64,000 bases of DNA, taken from positions 112,025-176,024 of the IMG/VR virus record IMGVR_UViG_3300046779_001269; one strand, 5' to 3'. A model generated the notes under the pieces. It did not search any database and was not told the origin of the DNA. It worked only from the letters and a program-made list of their open reading frames with translations. Origin of the DNA: a virus. Every line of letters starts with the position of its first letter. Position 1 is the first letter of the stretch. Shown piece by piece: positions 11,750 through 21,955 of this stretch. The position numbers and the translations under genes were made by a program.

Positions 11750-13633
11750 TTAACCGTTAATAGAAACAAATGTGTTTGCATTATCACCATCAATACTAAA
11801 GAACCTCAAGTACATAGAACTACCTGCGGTGATGGTGGCAGTAGTAGACTTGTTCGTTGAATTTAAAACTGAACATCCGTGAGTTACTGTATGATTTTGT
11901 GTGTCTGTATTAACCAACCACACTTCAACAATTTTACCTGCAACATAGTTACTGTGTGTTATTGATATGTTATCTGCACAGTTGGCTTTGATAACTGAAT
12001 CTGTTACATAGTCGATTGTAATTGATGTTTGTAATCCTACCGGTAACCTAGGTGAATATACGACACCTTTCGATGGATTTACATAACCAGTAAATGAAAC
12101 ATTATTTGCATTAAATGTTGCAATGTTTATCAGTGTGTTTGATCCTGTTTCAATATTATAGAATTTGATTGCTGAACCACGAGCTGTGTCTGTATAATTT
12201 TCTGTTGCAATAAAATCAATTCTTGATGTGCCACCAGATTGCCATGCGGTTGCACCATAACCACTTGCACCGATTCTAGTCAAAACATCATTCGTTTGCA
12301 CAGCACTTGGGTGTGATACATTTCCTCGTGCTGCTCGACCACCAAATATTGGGAAAACAATTTGTCCGTTGGCACCATAAGAGTCTGAAATAACTCTTGT
12401 TGGAACATTATGTTTACCTGTTATATGCAATACATAACCATCGCCACCTGGAGTTTGTGTTATGCCTGTATTTGATGCACTAATTGTAACCAATGCCTGA
12501 CTTGAACTGAATGATGAGTTTGCGAATGAGGATATTCCATTTACATTCAGGTTATTTGTAACACTTAAACTACCAGCAAATGTACCTGTTGCATTTGCAA
12601 GTGCATTGTTTGCCTTATCAAACGCTGCTGAACCAGTTGTGTTGGCTGCCACTGCTAATGTATACGCACCAGATGCCAGTGAGTTGGTGATAACCAAGTT
12701 TGTTGCAGTTGTATTTGCCTTACTGAAAGCACCATTGGCAAAGTCTAGTGCCACATTCGCCTTTAAGAAAGCACTATCTGTATAAGAAAATGCGGTGTTC
12801 AATTGTGCTGCGTTCAAACCGTCAGCATATGATTTGGCAGCTGTCAATGTAGTTGCATCGTTTGCTTGCAACCAAGTGTTGGCTGCTGTTGTAAATGCGT
12901 TTGATGCCACCATTGTATAGGTGTCTGAGTAAACCTTGGCTGCTGCCAGTGCTGCACCCACATTGGCCTGTGCCCATGTATTGGCTGCATATGCATATGT
13001 GTTTACTGTATTTGCTTTTAAGAATGCTGCCTGTGTATAGTTTGCAGGTTCTGCGGCAGTATTCTGTGATGTTCCATCGGCAAAGAACAATGGTTTGGTC
13101 AACAGTTGTAGACCTGTATTGTATTTGAATCTCGCAAAATGTCCATCTGATGCAATAGAACCTAGGGAAATAGTCAAGTCTCTGTTCTCATTGTATGTAC
13201 CTATGATAAGGTTACCACCAGGATCAGCATCATTACCTGCAATCATCAAGTAACCATCTAATGGCGCAGCGAATGTGAAACCATCATAGTTATAGTTTGA
13301 GTTGTTGTAACCCAAATCCAAGTAATGTGATTCGTCAGTACCAACATCGGCAGTAATAACAAAGTCGGTAGAACCATTTGAAGCATTGTTCACGAAGTTC
13401 ATTTGCAAATAGTTGTTGGATCTACCAGCAAACTGTGCAGCCACATTAGGTAGAACTAGTGCATTGTTACCCACATTCAGTACGTTGTTTGCGTACAAAT
13501 ATCTGGATAGTGTTGTAGCTGTAACTCTACCTGTGATGTTGTTAGCTCTATCTACAGCCAAAATATCCGTGGCGGATGTATTTGCGCCAAGGTTTGGTAG
13601 TTGTACTAACTCTGAAATTTTTACTGTGGACAT
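11750..13633 (-). CDS. virion fibre-like structural protein
   Basis: 627 aa; N-terminal VKISEL motif, Ala/Asn coiled-coil repeats (AF.KAN); lies between gp7 and gp8. Confidence 0.6.
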   Translation of the reverse strand: MSTVKISELVQLPNLGANTSATDILAVDRANNITGRVTATTLSRYLYANNVLNVGNNALVLPNVAAQFAGRSNNYLQMNFVNNASNGSTDFVITADVGTDESHYLDLGYNNSNYNYDGFTFAAPLDGYLMIAGNDADPGGNLIIGTYNENRDLTISLGSIASDGHFARFKYNTGLQLLTKPLFFADGTSQNTAAEPANYTQAAFLKANTVNTYAYAANTWAQANVGAALAAAKVYSDTYTMVASNAFTTAANTWLQANDATTLTAAKSYADGLNAAQLNTAFSYTDSAFLKANVALDFANGAFSKANTTATNLVITNSLASGAYTLAVAANTTGSAAFDKANNALANATGTFAGSLSVTNNLNVNGISSFANSSFSSSQALVTISASNTGITQTPGGDGYVLHITGKHNVPTRVISDSYGANGQIVFPIFGGRAARGNVSHPSAVQTNDVLTRIGASGYGATAWQSGGTSRIDFIATENYTDTARGSAIKFYNIETGSNTLINIATFNANNVSFTGYVNPSKGVVYSPRLPVGLQTSITIDYVTDSVIKANCADNISITHSNYVAGKIVEVWLVNTDTQNHTVTHGCSVLNSTNKSTTATITAGSSMYLRFFSIDGDNANTFVSING

Positions 13634-13636
13634 TTT

Positions 13637-16474
13637 TTACCCCAATATGATAATTCTATCATCTTCTGTTGTTATTAATATGTTATCTTCTGTCATCAAC
13701 TGTGGAACATATTGATATCCTGTGGATCCATATAGTATTACCTCAGTTGTGTCGATTGTTCTTCTTACTGAAATTAGACCGTTGCTTGAGTTTGATGACA
13801 AATTGCTGACCAATGTTACTTGATTGTTACTATAATCAACACTCTCAACCAATCTTTGTGTGTTGTTTCCAACCAAAATCCAATCACCAGTTCTTATAAT
13901 GTCCTTCAATGGGTAAGAAGTGTTACTATACACACCATTGTTGATGATATTATAAGAGTTTGTCAGAGCTGTTATATTTATTATATCCGAATCAACCGAA
14001 CCATAACCGTATGCCACATTGGCATAAGTCAACCAGATACTATCGTCAATGTAAACTATGTTATTGGTTGAATCAACATCTCTAATCTGAGAACGAATGT
14101 TTGGTCCACCTGTTGGTCTAATATCAATCCAAATTCTAGGACCAAAAATGTCACCAATATCTGCGCCAGCCAAGTTATTAATCTTGATGGCATTGTTACT
14201 CTTATTGGTGAAAGTGGTTACAACATTTGCACTTGTGCCATTGTATCCAGTATAGTATTGTAGAGTGTGGCCTTGGAAGAAACCTTGTGAACCAGTTGTT
14301 TCAAACTCAACATTTGATTTTGTTCTATGTTTACCAATGAATTTGAGACCGGCAGGATGCAATAGGTCCAACAACACTTGTCTGTATTTTGAAATTTCTT
14401 TCTCGACACTGATGATGTATGTGTAGTTGTTAAAGTTCTGTGACTGCAATACATTATAAGAACTTGGTTGACCTGCTTTGTTGAGGTATGAACCTTGACC
14501 AATTACCAGACCATCCAAGAATTCTGATGTTGCCTTTGCAGTACCGTCACCATACACTTTGATACCATCACCTGGGTTATCATAAACATCCTCATAACCT
14601 TCAGGTGTAGAGTTGGTAATAATTAACTGCATCAAAGTATTCGCTGCAGTATATTTTAGTTTGGCACTTCTGTCAGGTGCGGTGTTGTAGTTGAACACTC
14701 TTAGATTGTATAATGCTTCTGCTGGATTGGCATTTGGTTGTATCAAAGAAACTGATTCTACTGATGCGTAATATGTTGCAGCGTTTACATTTGCACCCTG
14801 ATATATCACATCTTCTTTTTGTGGCAACAAGGAAATGTTTACATTAGAAACAACAATGTCTTGTATTCTTAATGATACATTGGCATTGGTTACATAATCT
14901 TCACCAGGTTCAGTCAAAACAATTTGACTTACAGCACCAACTCGATCCACCACAACAGAGAATGTTGCACCCTCACCAAGAATACCTGGTACATAGAGTG
15001 ATGCATTAGCGGCCGATGGGTTTGTCGATTGTACCGTGATAGTTACACCACTGTTTGAGTTGTAACCCATACCACCCAAAGGATATAATAGTGGTGACTG
15101 TACATATTTTACTTGTTGTATTTCACCATTGGCACCAACTGATGTGATGTTGGCCTTGGCTCCATAACCTGTACCACCTTCAATGACAATCGTATCATTG
15201 ACCGTATACCCTGTGCCTGCATTGGCAATTTGGATTGGTGAAAGTATACCCACATTTCTGAGTTTGCCGTCAATGTCAGGCACATCTGTGTTGTACTTTG
15301 ATGTTGGTGTTACGACTGGAATCTTAGAAATACCACCGCCGCCGTTCATAACTGCAACGGAAGATATTGGATATGTTGAGAACTCTAAGAATGAAAATGC
15401 ATCGGCCAATATGGTGTTCACGTTCGCATTTGCCACATTCGTGAAGTTATAATCACTTGCATCCAACATTATGTTTCGTTTCAGACTGATTGTATCGGAA
15501 GAAATGAAAGAAACATTGGCTGTTTTTTCTTCATCAGGGTCAATCGCATTGACAATTGCAATTGCACCTGGAGCATTCGTGATATCAATTGATGTGAATG
15601 GGTCTGTTGGTTCGAAGATGTATGTTTCATCTAGTGTGTAACCAAAACTACCATTCACCACGTTGATACGTTGTATTGAACCTCTTGTTGTGGTACCAAC
15701 TTCAGCAATGGCACCACGGCCGTTTGCTGCGTTCAGACCACCATAAATGATAACTGGATCACCAGGATTATACAACAGACCACGGTTATTTGGATTGATG
15801 TTGACTTGACTTAACTGACCAACAATTTTTGCTCTTAGTGTTGTGCCATTAATCACAACTGGTTGATTGAAGTTGTCAACGACTGTTACGAATTCACCTG
15901 AGTGAAACAATCTTTGAATGTTTGAAATGAAAACTTCTGTTTTTGTTCCAACTTTAATAGATGCTTCTACTGTTGCAATCGACCTAGTATCTTCACCTAG
16001 TAATCTATAATTACCAATCTGTAAGAAACGGTTATCATCTGTTGCCAGTTTCAAACTTTTTGGAATGTACCACTCACCATCAGATGGTTTTAGTACGGCT
16101 TCTTTCGTGTAAAAAACATCAAAGTCTGAATCGTATAGTGTTCTGAATAGAAATTGATAAGATGCGGGTGTACCTTTTGTCTGGTACAATTGTTTGGCAA
16201 TCTTTAGTGCCTCTTCTTTACTGACCAAAGAATCTTTTGGAAAGTAAGGCATGAATTCATTGATGAAATAATCCATGAACTCATCGGTTGTCTTATCAAT
16301 GTCTTTATAATTTAATAAATTTTTTGTTCGTTCCGTTACTTGGCCAGATTCTTCCAACCATTGGTAGTATGCCTCCAAAAACAATACGAAATTGGAGTAA
16401 TCTGGATTGTCACGAACAAATTCTGGTAACTGTGATTTAACCAGTAATGATGTTAGTTGGTTAGAATCTATCAT
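13637..16474 (-). CDS. gp7: baseplate wedge initiator gp7-like
   Basis: SQLPEFVR...FLEAYYQWLE, LYQTKGT..SYQFLFR and C-terminal LLHPAG motifs; follows gp6. Confidence 0.75.
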   Translation of the reverse strand: MIDSNQLTSLLVKSQLPEFVRDNPDYSNFVLFLEAYYQWLEESGQVTERTKNLLNYKDIDKTTDEFMDYFINEFMPYFPKDSLVSKEEALKIAKQLYQTKGTPASYQFLFRTLYDSDFDVFYTKEAVLKPSDGEWYIPKSLKLATDDNRFLQIGNYRLLGEDTRSIATVEASIKVGTKTEVFISNIQRLFHSGEFVTVVDNFNQPVVINGTTLRAKIVGQLSQVNINPNNRGLLYNPGDPVIIYGGLNAANGRGAIAEVGTTTRGSIQRINVVNGSFGYTLDETYIFEPTDPFTSIDITNAPGAIAIVNAIDPDEEKTANVSFISSDTISLKRNIMLDASDYNFTNVANANVNTILADAFSFLEFSTYPISSVAVMNGGGGISKIPVVTPTSKYNTDVPDIDGKLRNVGILSPIQIANAGTGYTVNDTIVIEGGTGYGAKANITSVGANGEIQQVKYVQSPLLYPLGGMGYNSNSGVTITVQSTNPSAANASLYVPGILGEGATFSVVVDRVGAVSQIVLTEPGEDYVTNANVSLRIQDIVVSNVNISLLPQKEDVIYQGANVNAATYYASVESVSLIQPNANPAEALYNLRVFNYNTAPDRSAKLKYTAANTLMQLIITNSTPEGYEDVYDNPGDGIKVYGDGTAKATSEFLDGLVIGQGSYLNKAGQPSSYNVLQSQNFNNYTYIISVEKEISKYRQVLLDLLHPAGLKFIGKHRTKSNVEFETTGSQGFFQGHTLQYYTGYNGTSANVVTTFTNKSNNAIKINNLAGADIGDIFGPRIWIDIRPTGGPNIRSQIRDVDSTNNIVYIDDSIWLTYANVAYGYGSVDSDIINITALTNSYNIINNGVYSNTSYPLKDIIRTGDWILVGNNTQRLVESVDYSNNQVTLVSNLSSNSSNGLISVRRTIDTTEVILYGSTGYQYVPQLMTEDNILITTEDDRIIILG

Positions 16475-18561
16475 TTGCTTAACGGAGTTACATTAACAGT
16501 AATTGAATTTGGATCGAAAGGATCAATAGTTAAAATCTTATTGTATGTTGATGATATCAATGTTGTGGATGGTTTAACTGTAACTGTTAGTTGTCCCAAA
16601 GGATCATTAACATCCGTTGGATTAAAGTCAGTCAATGTTATCACACCAGTTTCATAGTCGATTGTACCAACATTATTATTTAATATAATCTTAACTGAAC
16701 TACTTGCATCGTTGTAGTATGTTCTTAGTGTTCCGTAACGACCTTGTAGAATGGGTACTGCACTGGCCAATTGACCAGACGTATCGTTACTGTTGTTTAC
16801 AATCTTTACATATGCAGTGGTATAACCAGAACCAGTTGCAGTCACATTGATTTGTTTGATGGTGTTATCTACATCCAAAACTGCAACAGCTTCTGCACCA
16901 GTACCATCACCAATGATTTGTACTGTTGGTGTCAGTGTGTAATTGAAACCTGGATTAATCAATGAAATAGATTCAACACCACCAGTATTTGTTGGTACTT
17001 CTTCTAAGTAAACACCATCAATATAGTTTGCAATATTGGATGGATTTTGGAACTTCATTGAAGGTGAACTGTTAATACCAGTCAAGAAAACACCTCTCTC
17101 CAACGCAACCTTATAGTCCAACTTATATGTTTGTGACAGACTAAAGTTTGGTTTGAATTTCTTTTGTAACTGAATACTAATTTCATTTGTCACAATAGAA
17201 TTGTTTGTTGCCTGAATTGCAGCAATCAAATCAGAATTCTTAAATGTTGAATTGAAAGTATTTAATGTAGTATTGGAGAAATTATTGATTGTGTTAGAAA
17301 TGTTTTGTCTAATTTGTTCCGCAGACAATGTTGTCTTGGATGGATCATAGATGGCATTAACTTTTAACTTAATGTATGTGTAATCTGGATCAACAATTGT
17401 TGGTGTCACAGTCAATACTGAAATTGGTTTGATAACTTCCCTGATGATTCTTTGTTTCTGTGTGTCAGTCAACACATAAGAACCAGATGGTTTCAAAGCG
17501 ATAAAGACCTGACCAAATGCAGGTGTTTCGTTCTCTTGTCCACCCCAAACCGATACGGCATCAAAGGGTATACCCAACTTATTCTGTTGTATTATGGTAA
17601 TATAATCATCTTTGGTGACTGCACGGTTCTGTGCCGCAAAGGCCTTTGGTGCTTGATACTTGATAGAATCTATTGTTTCTTTGTCTCCACCAGCTGTGGC
17701 TTCTGATAAGTTTGTTATTGTTGCTGACGAGAAACCACCAACACTATCCATTAAAACAAAACTGTTTGCACCGGCAGCTGCGGTGCCATTTGTCACAAGG
17801 TAATTTACAATAACGATGTTGCCGTCAGACAATTTTTTGCCTAAAATGCCATCACCAAAATAGATTTCATAGTTGCCTGTAAGACCTTCTTGTATAAAGA
17901 ATACTTGTGAGGTGCCATCCAACAATAGTTTATTTGAAGATTCTGTGTAAACTTCTGTGTAATTATTTGAGAATGATTTTTGTACTGTAACTTTTAATGT
18001 TGACGTATCAATATTGGTATCAGGCAAGGTAAACATGTGTTTAGGATTGTCTGATGTATTAATTGTAAAGGTATAGTTGACAGGATTACCTTGCTTCAAC
18101 TCCAAATTATTGAATGTTGCTGTTTCAGCAATCAAATCTGTTTCAACAGTTTTAGAATCAACAGTAACGAATTTGTAATTGATGCCGTCAATAGATTCTG
18201 ATAAGAAGGTTGTGTATGCAGGAAGAGTTAATGAACTGTTCGTTACATTGTTCATTCTCAAATTGATGGTGGCCGAAGGTGCAATTGCAGATTTTGGTGT
18301 ATAATTTAACAATTTTGCATGTGATACAACAGAACTTCTTTGTTGTGCTGTGTCCAAAAACATTTCATTTGCAACTTGGTTTAGATAGTATGCATTATAT
18401 TGTGTGTTGTATGCCAAAACATCCAATAAAGTGGACAAGGCAGAACCCTCATAGTTATAATCTCTTAGTGTGTCTTGGGACTGTAAATAAGTTTTTAGTC
18501 CTTGCTTGATTTGATTAAAATCAAGTTCTGTCATTTGAATATTAGAATTAGCACCGGCCAT
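16471..18561 (-). CDS. gp6: baseplate wedge subunit gp6
   Basis: ELDFNQIK, DYNYEGSAL..LLDVLAYNT.YNAYY, AQNRAVTKDDY. Confidence 0.92.
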   Translation of the reverse strand: MAGANSNIQMTELDFNQIKQGLKTYLQSQDTLRDYNYEGSALSTLLDVLAYNTQYNAYYLNQVANEMFLDTAQQRSSVVSHAKLLNYTPKSAIAPSATINLRMNNVTNSSLTLPAYTTFLSESIDGINYKFVTVDSKTVETDLIAETATFNNLELKQGNPVNYTFTINTSDNPKHMFTLPDTNIDTSTLKVTVQKSFSNNYTEVYTESSNKLLLDGTSQVFFIQEGLTGNYEIYFGDGILGKKLSDGNIVIVNYLVTNGTAAAGANSFVLMDSVGGFSSATITNLSEATAGGDKETIDSIKYQAPKAFAAQNRAVTKDDYITIIQQNKLGIPFDAVSVWGGQENETPAFGQVFIALKPSGSYVLTDTQKQRIIREVIKPISVLTVTPTIVDPDYTYIKLKVNAIYDPSKTTLSAEQIRQNISNTINNFSNTTLNTFNSTFKNSDLIAAIQATNNSIVTNEISIQLQKKFKPNFSLSQTYKLDYKVALERGVFLTGINSSPSMKFQNPSNIANYIDGVYLEEVPTNTGGVESISLINPGFNYTLTPTVQIIGDGTGAEAVAVLDVDNTIKQINVTATGSGYTTAYVKIVNNSNDTSGQLASAVPILQGRYGTLRTYYNDASSSVKIILNNNVGTIDYETGVITLTDFNPTDVNDPLGQLTVTVKPSTTLISSTYNKILTIDPFDPNSITVNVTPLSK

Positions 18562-18562
18562 T

Positions 18563-18955
18563 TTATCTATTTCTCTCTAAAAGGAGTGTTACTGTTGTTG
18601 GTGTTGTCGCATTTTCTATAAAAAATGTCAATGTAACACCGTAAGCATTTTTGTCTGGTTGTGGTGTGACATTTATTTCCTGCATCAAAGCACGAGGTTC
18701 ATAATTACTAATCATAGTTAGTATTTCATTCTCAATTGCCGAAGCTGTGAGTGGAGAAATCAATTCAAACAACATTAGATCCATTTTTGAACCCAAATCT
18801 GGGTTGAATGGTCTCTCATAATTTTTTGTCAATAATAAGTTACGAATCGAACGAATGACTGCCTGATTGTCGTAACTGAGCGCAACATCAGCCGTCACAG
18901 GTTTTTTTGTGAAGGTGAAATCTATGTCTGAGTATATCTTGTTTAATGTTGCCAT
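18563..18955 (-). CDS. gp25: baseplate wedge subunit gp25
   Basis: YSDIDF, SIRNLLLT..YERPFNPDLGS, NYEPR. Confidence 0.9.
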   Translation of the reverse strand: MATLNKIYSDIDFTFTKKPVTADVALSYDNQAVIRSIRNLLLTKNYERPFNPDLGSKMDLMLFELISPLTASAIENEILTMISNYEPRALMQEINVTPQPDKNAYGVTLTFFIENATTPTTVTLLLERNR

Positions 18956-19053
18956 CTTTTATTTATCTTGCTGTAGGAGTAAATTCGCTTTTTGGAATCT
19001 GAGATGTGTCAGGAAAAATTCTTGGGCCGGAACGCAGGAATTCGAATTTTCGG

Positions 19054-19947
19054 TTATTCAGGTAAACCAGTCTTAGCACCACCAGACTGAACACCAGAAT
19101 GTTTGTGTTTGCTCAAACTGATACCTGCACCAATAACATCACCTGTGGCAGTAACTTTTCCCGTTACATTTACATCACCGATTAGATTAATATCAGTCGA
19201 TTTTGCGGTAATTGTACCACCACTTAATATATTAACATCACCATCTACCGTAATATTGCAAACTCCTTTAATGTGTACATTATTGTCCGAAAGGTAAATT
19301 TCATAGTTTTTACCAGAAACTTTGGTAACCTTACTACCGTCTGGTGCAATCTCAAAGAATGTGTTGGCTTTGTGTGCCAGATGCACCCTTTCTGCACCAG
19401 GAGTGTCATCCATCTCAAATATATGACCAGATTCAGTCTCTGTCACCCTATTATAAGGAGGTTTTGCGTCATATTTTGATGCCGGTTCACTCCAACTACC
19501 ACCAGATGCAGTTTCAACACCAGTGTCTAAGATAGAATTGTGTATTCCGATTGCTGTCTGAGACAATTTCTCATTTCTATATAAACGACTGGTTGTTGGC
19601 TCACCCTTTGGATAGTGTGAACCACTGGGAAATGCAGTGAGTTCTTCACTATTTTCTTGTGGTATTCCAGGTAATACACCTAACATAACAGGAAAGTTAC
19701 CAGACATACCATCGTTGAAGAATCCGAACACATAATCACCAATAATAGGTGTTGCAGTTGTCATTGTTGCATTTGGTGAGTTGCATGGTAGTGCCCATGG
19801 CAGCTTACTTGTCGGTAACAAACTCAGATTATCTGTGTGCCAACCAAAAATTCTAACTCTACAACGACCCAAATTCAATGGATCTTCTCTATCTTCAACG
19901 ACACCCATCCACCAAATAAATCCGTTTTTACCCAAAAAATTTGACAT
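19054..19947 (-). CDS. gp5: baseplate hub / central spike gp5 (OB-fold plus beta-helix, no lysozyme domain, HxH apex)
   Basis: WWMGVVEDREDPL.LGRCRVRIFG.H; ETESGHIFEMDDTPGAER; C-terminus GISLSKHKHSGVQSG. Confidence 0.88.
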   Translation of the reverse strand: MSNFLGKNGFIWWMGVVEDREDPLNLGRCRVRIFGWHTDNLSLLPTSKLPWALPCNSPNATMTTATPIIGDYVFGFFNDGMSGNFPVMLGVLPGIPQENSEELTAFPSGSHYPKGEPTTSRLYRNEKLSQTAIGIHNSILDTGVETASGGSWSEPASKYDAKPPYNRVTETESGHIFEMDDTPGAERVHLAHKANTFFEIAPDGSKVTKVSGKNYEIYLSDNNVHIKGVCNITVDGDVNILSGGTITAKSTDINLIGDVNVTGKVTATGDVIGAGISLSKHKHSGVQSGGAKTGLPE

Positions 19948-21356
19948 TATTCACTCACCTTTGATGAAAGATACTTTCCTATAGAACTTTCTTTTGAAAT
20001 TTCTAGGACAGTTTGATATGAATCGTGTTGTACCATGTGTCTTGCAGCAGTAATCAAGTATTTACCAGAATAGTACTGGTCCTCAAGAACTTGATTTTTA
20101 TCTGCGGCTTGTTGCAATGATGGTAATGAAACATGAATGGTTTTACCAACAGTCAGAGCCGGATCACCAGGAACAACGATTTTCAATACAGTGTAGTTTG
20201 CTAAATTTAATTGTGCAATCCTATTTGTTCCTATGATTTCCGAAAAAATATCTTTGACTGCTGCCACTTTTTCTTTGATATATTCAATATTTTCGTGGTC
20301 GGCATTGGATATTGCCAGACCCAATTTAGCCAAAGGTGAATCAAATAATGATTGTCCCAATCTATTGAATGCTTCAGAGATTGTTTCCTCTTTGTTCATT
20401 GTGTTAGTTTGGTCAGAATATTTTGAGTAATTGAAGTCTGTGACTTTGTGTGACCTTGTTAATGGATCCACAGTAATCAAACGATTTGCATATGTGCCTG
20501 AACTTATGTCATTCAGTATATCAAAAGGTTTTATCATTTCATAGGATAAAATTGATTCCCACTTATCAGAAAATTCTTCCGATTTGTCATCTTTCTTTAT
20601 GTTCTTTGCTTGGTATTTGTATGTCGAATAGGGTTGTTGTTTATACATCGACTGTAATGACCTGAAATTGAATCCGTCATTATTTTCAAAAAACAACATA
20701 TCAGCACCGACACCATCTTTTGGTTTTGCGTAGTTACACAAAAAACTGATGGCCTCAAAGGGTTTCATGTAAGACAATGGAAACTCATAGACACCTGAGG
20801 TTTCTTCTATATTCCAATTCTTTTTGGCTCTATTACTTTTCAATCCTTGTATTTCGTCAAACAGAATTAGGGAGACCATGTCTGATATTTTCTTGGGGCC
20901 GCCAAAGTCCTTACTAATTTTGTTTTGTTCCGATAATATTAGTTCCTCAGAGCAAAAATGCAATGTGTAATATTCGGAGGTCATGTTTCCTGATGGATGA
21001 CGAGGATCTATTTTATACACCCTTAGAGTTCTGTGTATGTCATTAATATCATCTTCAAATTTACTTAACTGAATTTCTATTGTTTCTTGACCATTAATTT
21101 TCAACAATTCAATGTAACCAGCTGCGTCACGGACAGTCAAGTAACCTGATATTGAAAAACTGAATATATCTTCAAAAAAAGAAAAGTCTACCAAAAGTGT
21201 TTTGATATCTAATTCACCAACACTGGTTTTTAATTTTAATTTTTTAAAGTTATAGTCTTGTGGACCAATAGGATCATTTATCCTATTTCCAACAATTTCA
21301 ATTTCAAATGGTTTACTGTCGTTAACAGAACTGGGATTAATATTATTTGTTGCCAT
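19947..21356 (-). CDS. baseplate hub protein (gp27-like)
   Basis: between gp53 and gp5; FFEN..GFNFRSL, VPGD..LTVG, YSGKYLITAARH motifs. Confidence 0.6.
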   Translation of the reverse strand: MATNNINPSSVNDSKPFEIEIVGNRINDPIGPQDYNFKKLKLKTSVGELDIKTLLVDFSFFEDIFSFSISGYLTVRDAAGYIELLKINGQETIEIQLSKFEDDINDIHRTLRVYKIDPRHPSGNMTSEYYTLHFCSEELILSEQNKISKDFGGPKKISDMVSLILFDEIQGLKSNRAKKNWNIEETSGVYEFPLSYMKPFEAISFLCNYAKPKDGVGADMLFFENNDGFNFRSLQSMYKQQPYSTYKYQAKNIKKDDKSEEFSDKWESILSYEMIKPFDILNDISSGTYANRLITVDPLTRSHKVTDFNYSKYSDQTNTMNKEETISEAFNRLGQSLFDSPLAKLGLAISNADHENIEYIKEKVAAVKDIFSEIIGTNRIAQLNLANYTVLKIVVPGDPALTVGKTIHVSLPSLQQAADKNQVLEDQYYSGKYLITAARHMVQHDSYQTVLEISKESSIGKYLSSKVSE

Positions 21357-21955
21357 CAGTTACTCATCAACGATTTTAACTCAGACTCAACTTGTCTAAC
21401 ATACTTTTCATTTAATAGTTTTATAGTTCTTTTCGATTCATTCAATTCATATTCGTATGTGTATAAGTTGACAGTTCTTTTTTCTGTTGTTACTACAACA
21501 TCACCTTGACTGAAATTTAGTGTTCTTTCTGACGGAATCAAATTATTGTAAGCAGTTTCGGTCAAATAAGTTCTTATTGTGTTGGTTGAAAATTCTTTCT
21601 TATTGAAAAATGTTTCAATTTTTTCGTAGTGGTGGAGTGATGTGTAGATGTTTCTGTTTGGGTATTTACCTTCAACATATGAATCAAATATTCTTGATTC
21701 TACTGGCCAATCCCATTGTGGATCAACTATCTTGTTGGCCAATAACACTATCCAGTAACGATAAGAATCACCATAATATTTGTGTGCAATGATTTCTGGT
21801 GTGTCACCTTCCTGTATGTCATATTGATAATATGTCATAGGATCCAACAAAACATTGGGTATAAGACTTGCTCTTGCCAACAAATTTGTGGCAATCGTGG
21901 AAACATTATTCTTATCTTTACTTACTATTTTGGGAAGAACATTAAAGTATTTCAT
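21356..21955 (-). CDS. gp53: baseplate wedge protein gp53
   Basis: YDIQEGDTPEIIAHKYYGD..RYWIVLLAN..DPQWDWP; YEYELNESKR. Confidence 0.88.
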   Translation of the reverse strand: MKYFNVLPKIVSKDKNNVSTIATNLLARASLIPNVLLDPMTYYQYDIQEGDTPEIIAHKYYGDSYRYWIVLLANKIVDPQWDWPVESRIFDSYVEGKYPNRNIYTSLHHYEKIETFFNKKEFSTNTIRTYLTETAYNNLIPSERTLNFSQGDVVVTTEKRTVNLYTYEYELNESKRTIKLLNEKYVRQVESELKSLMSN

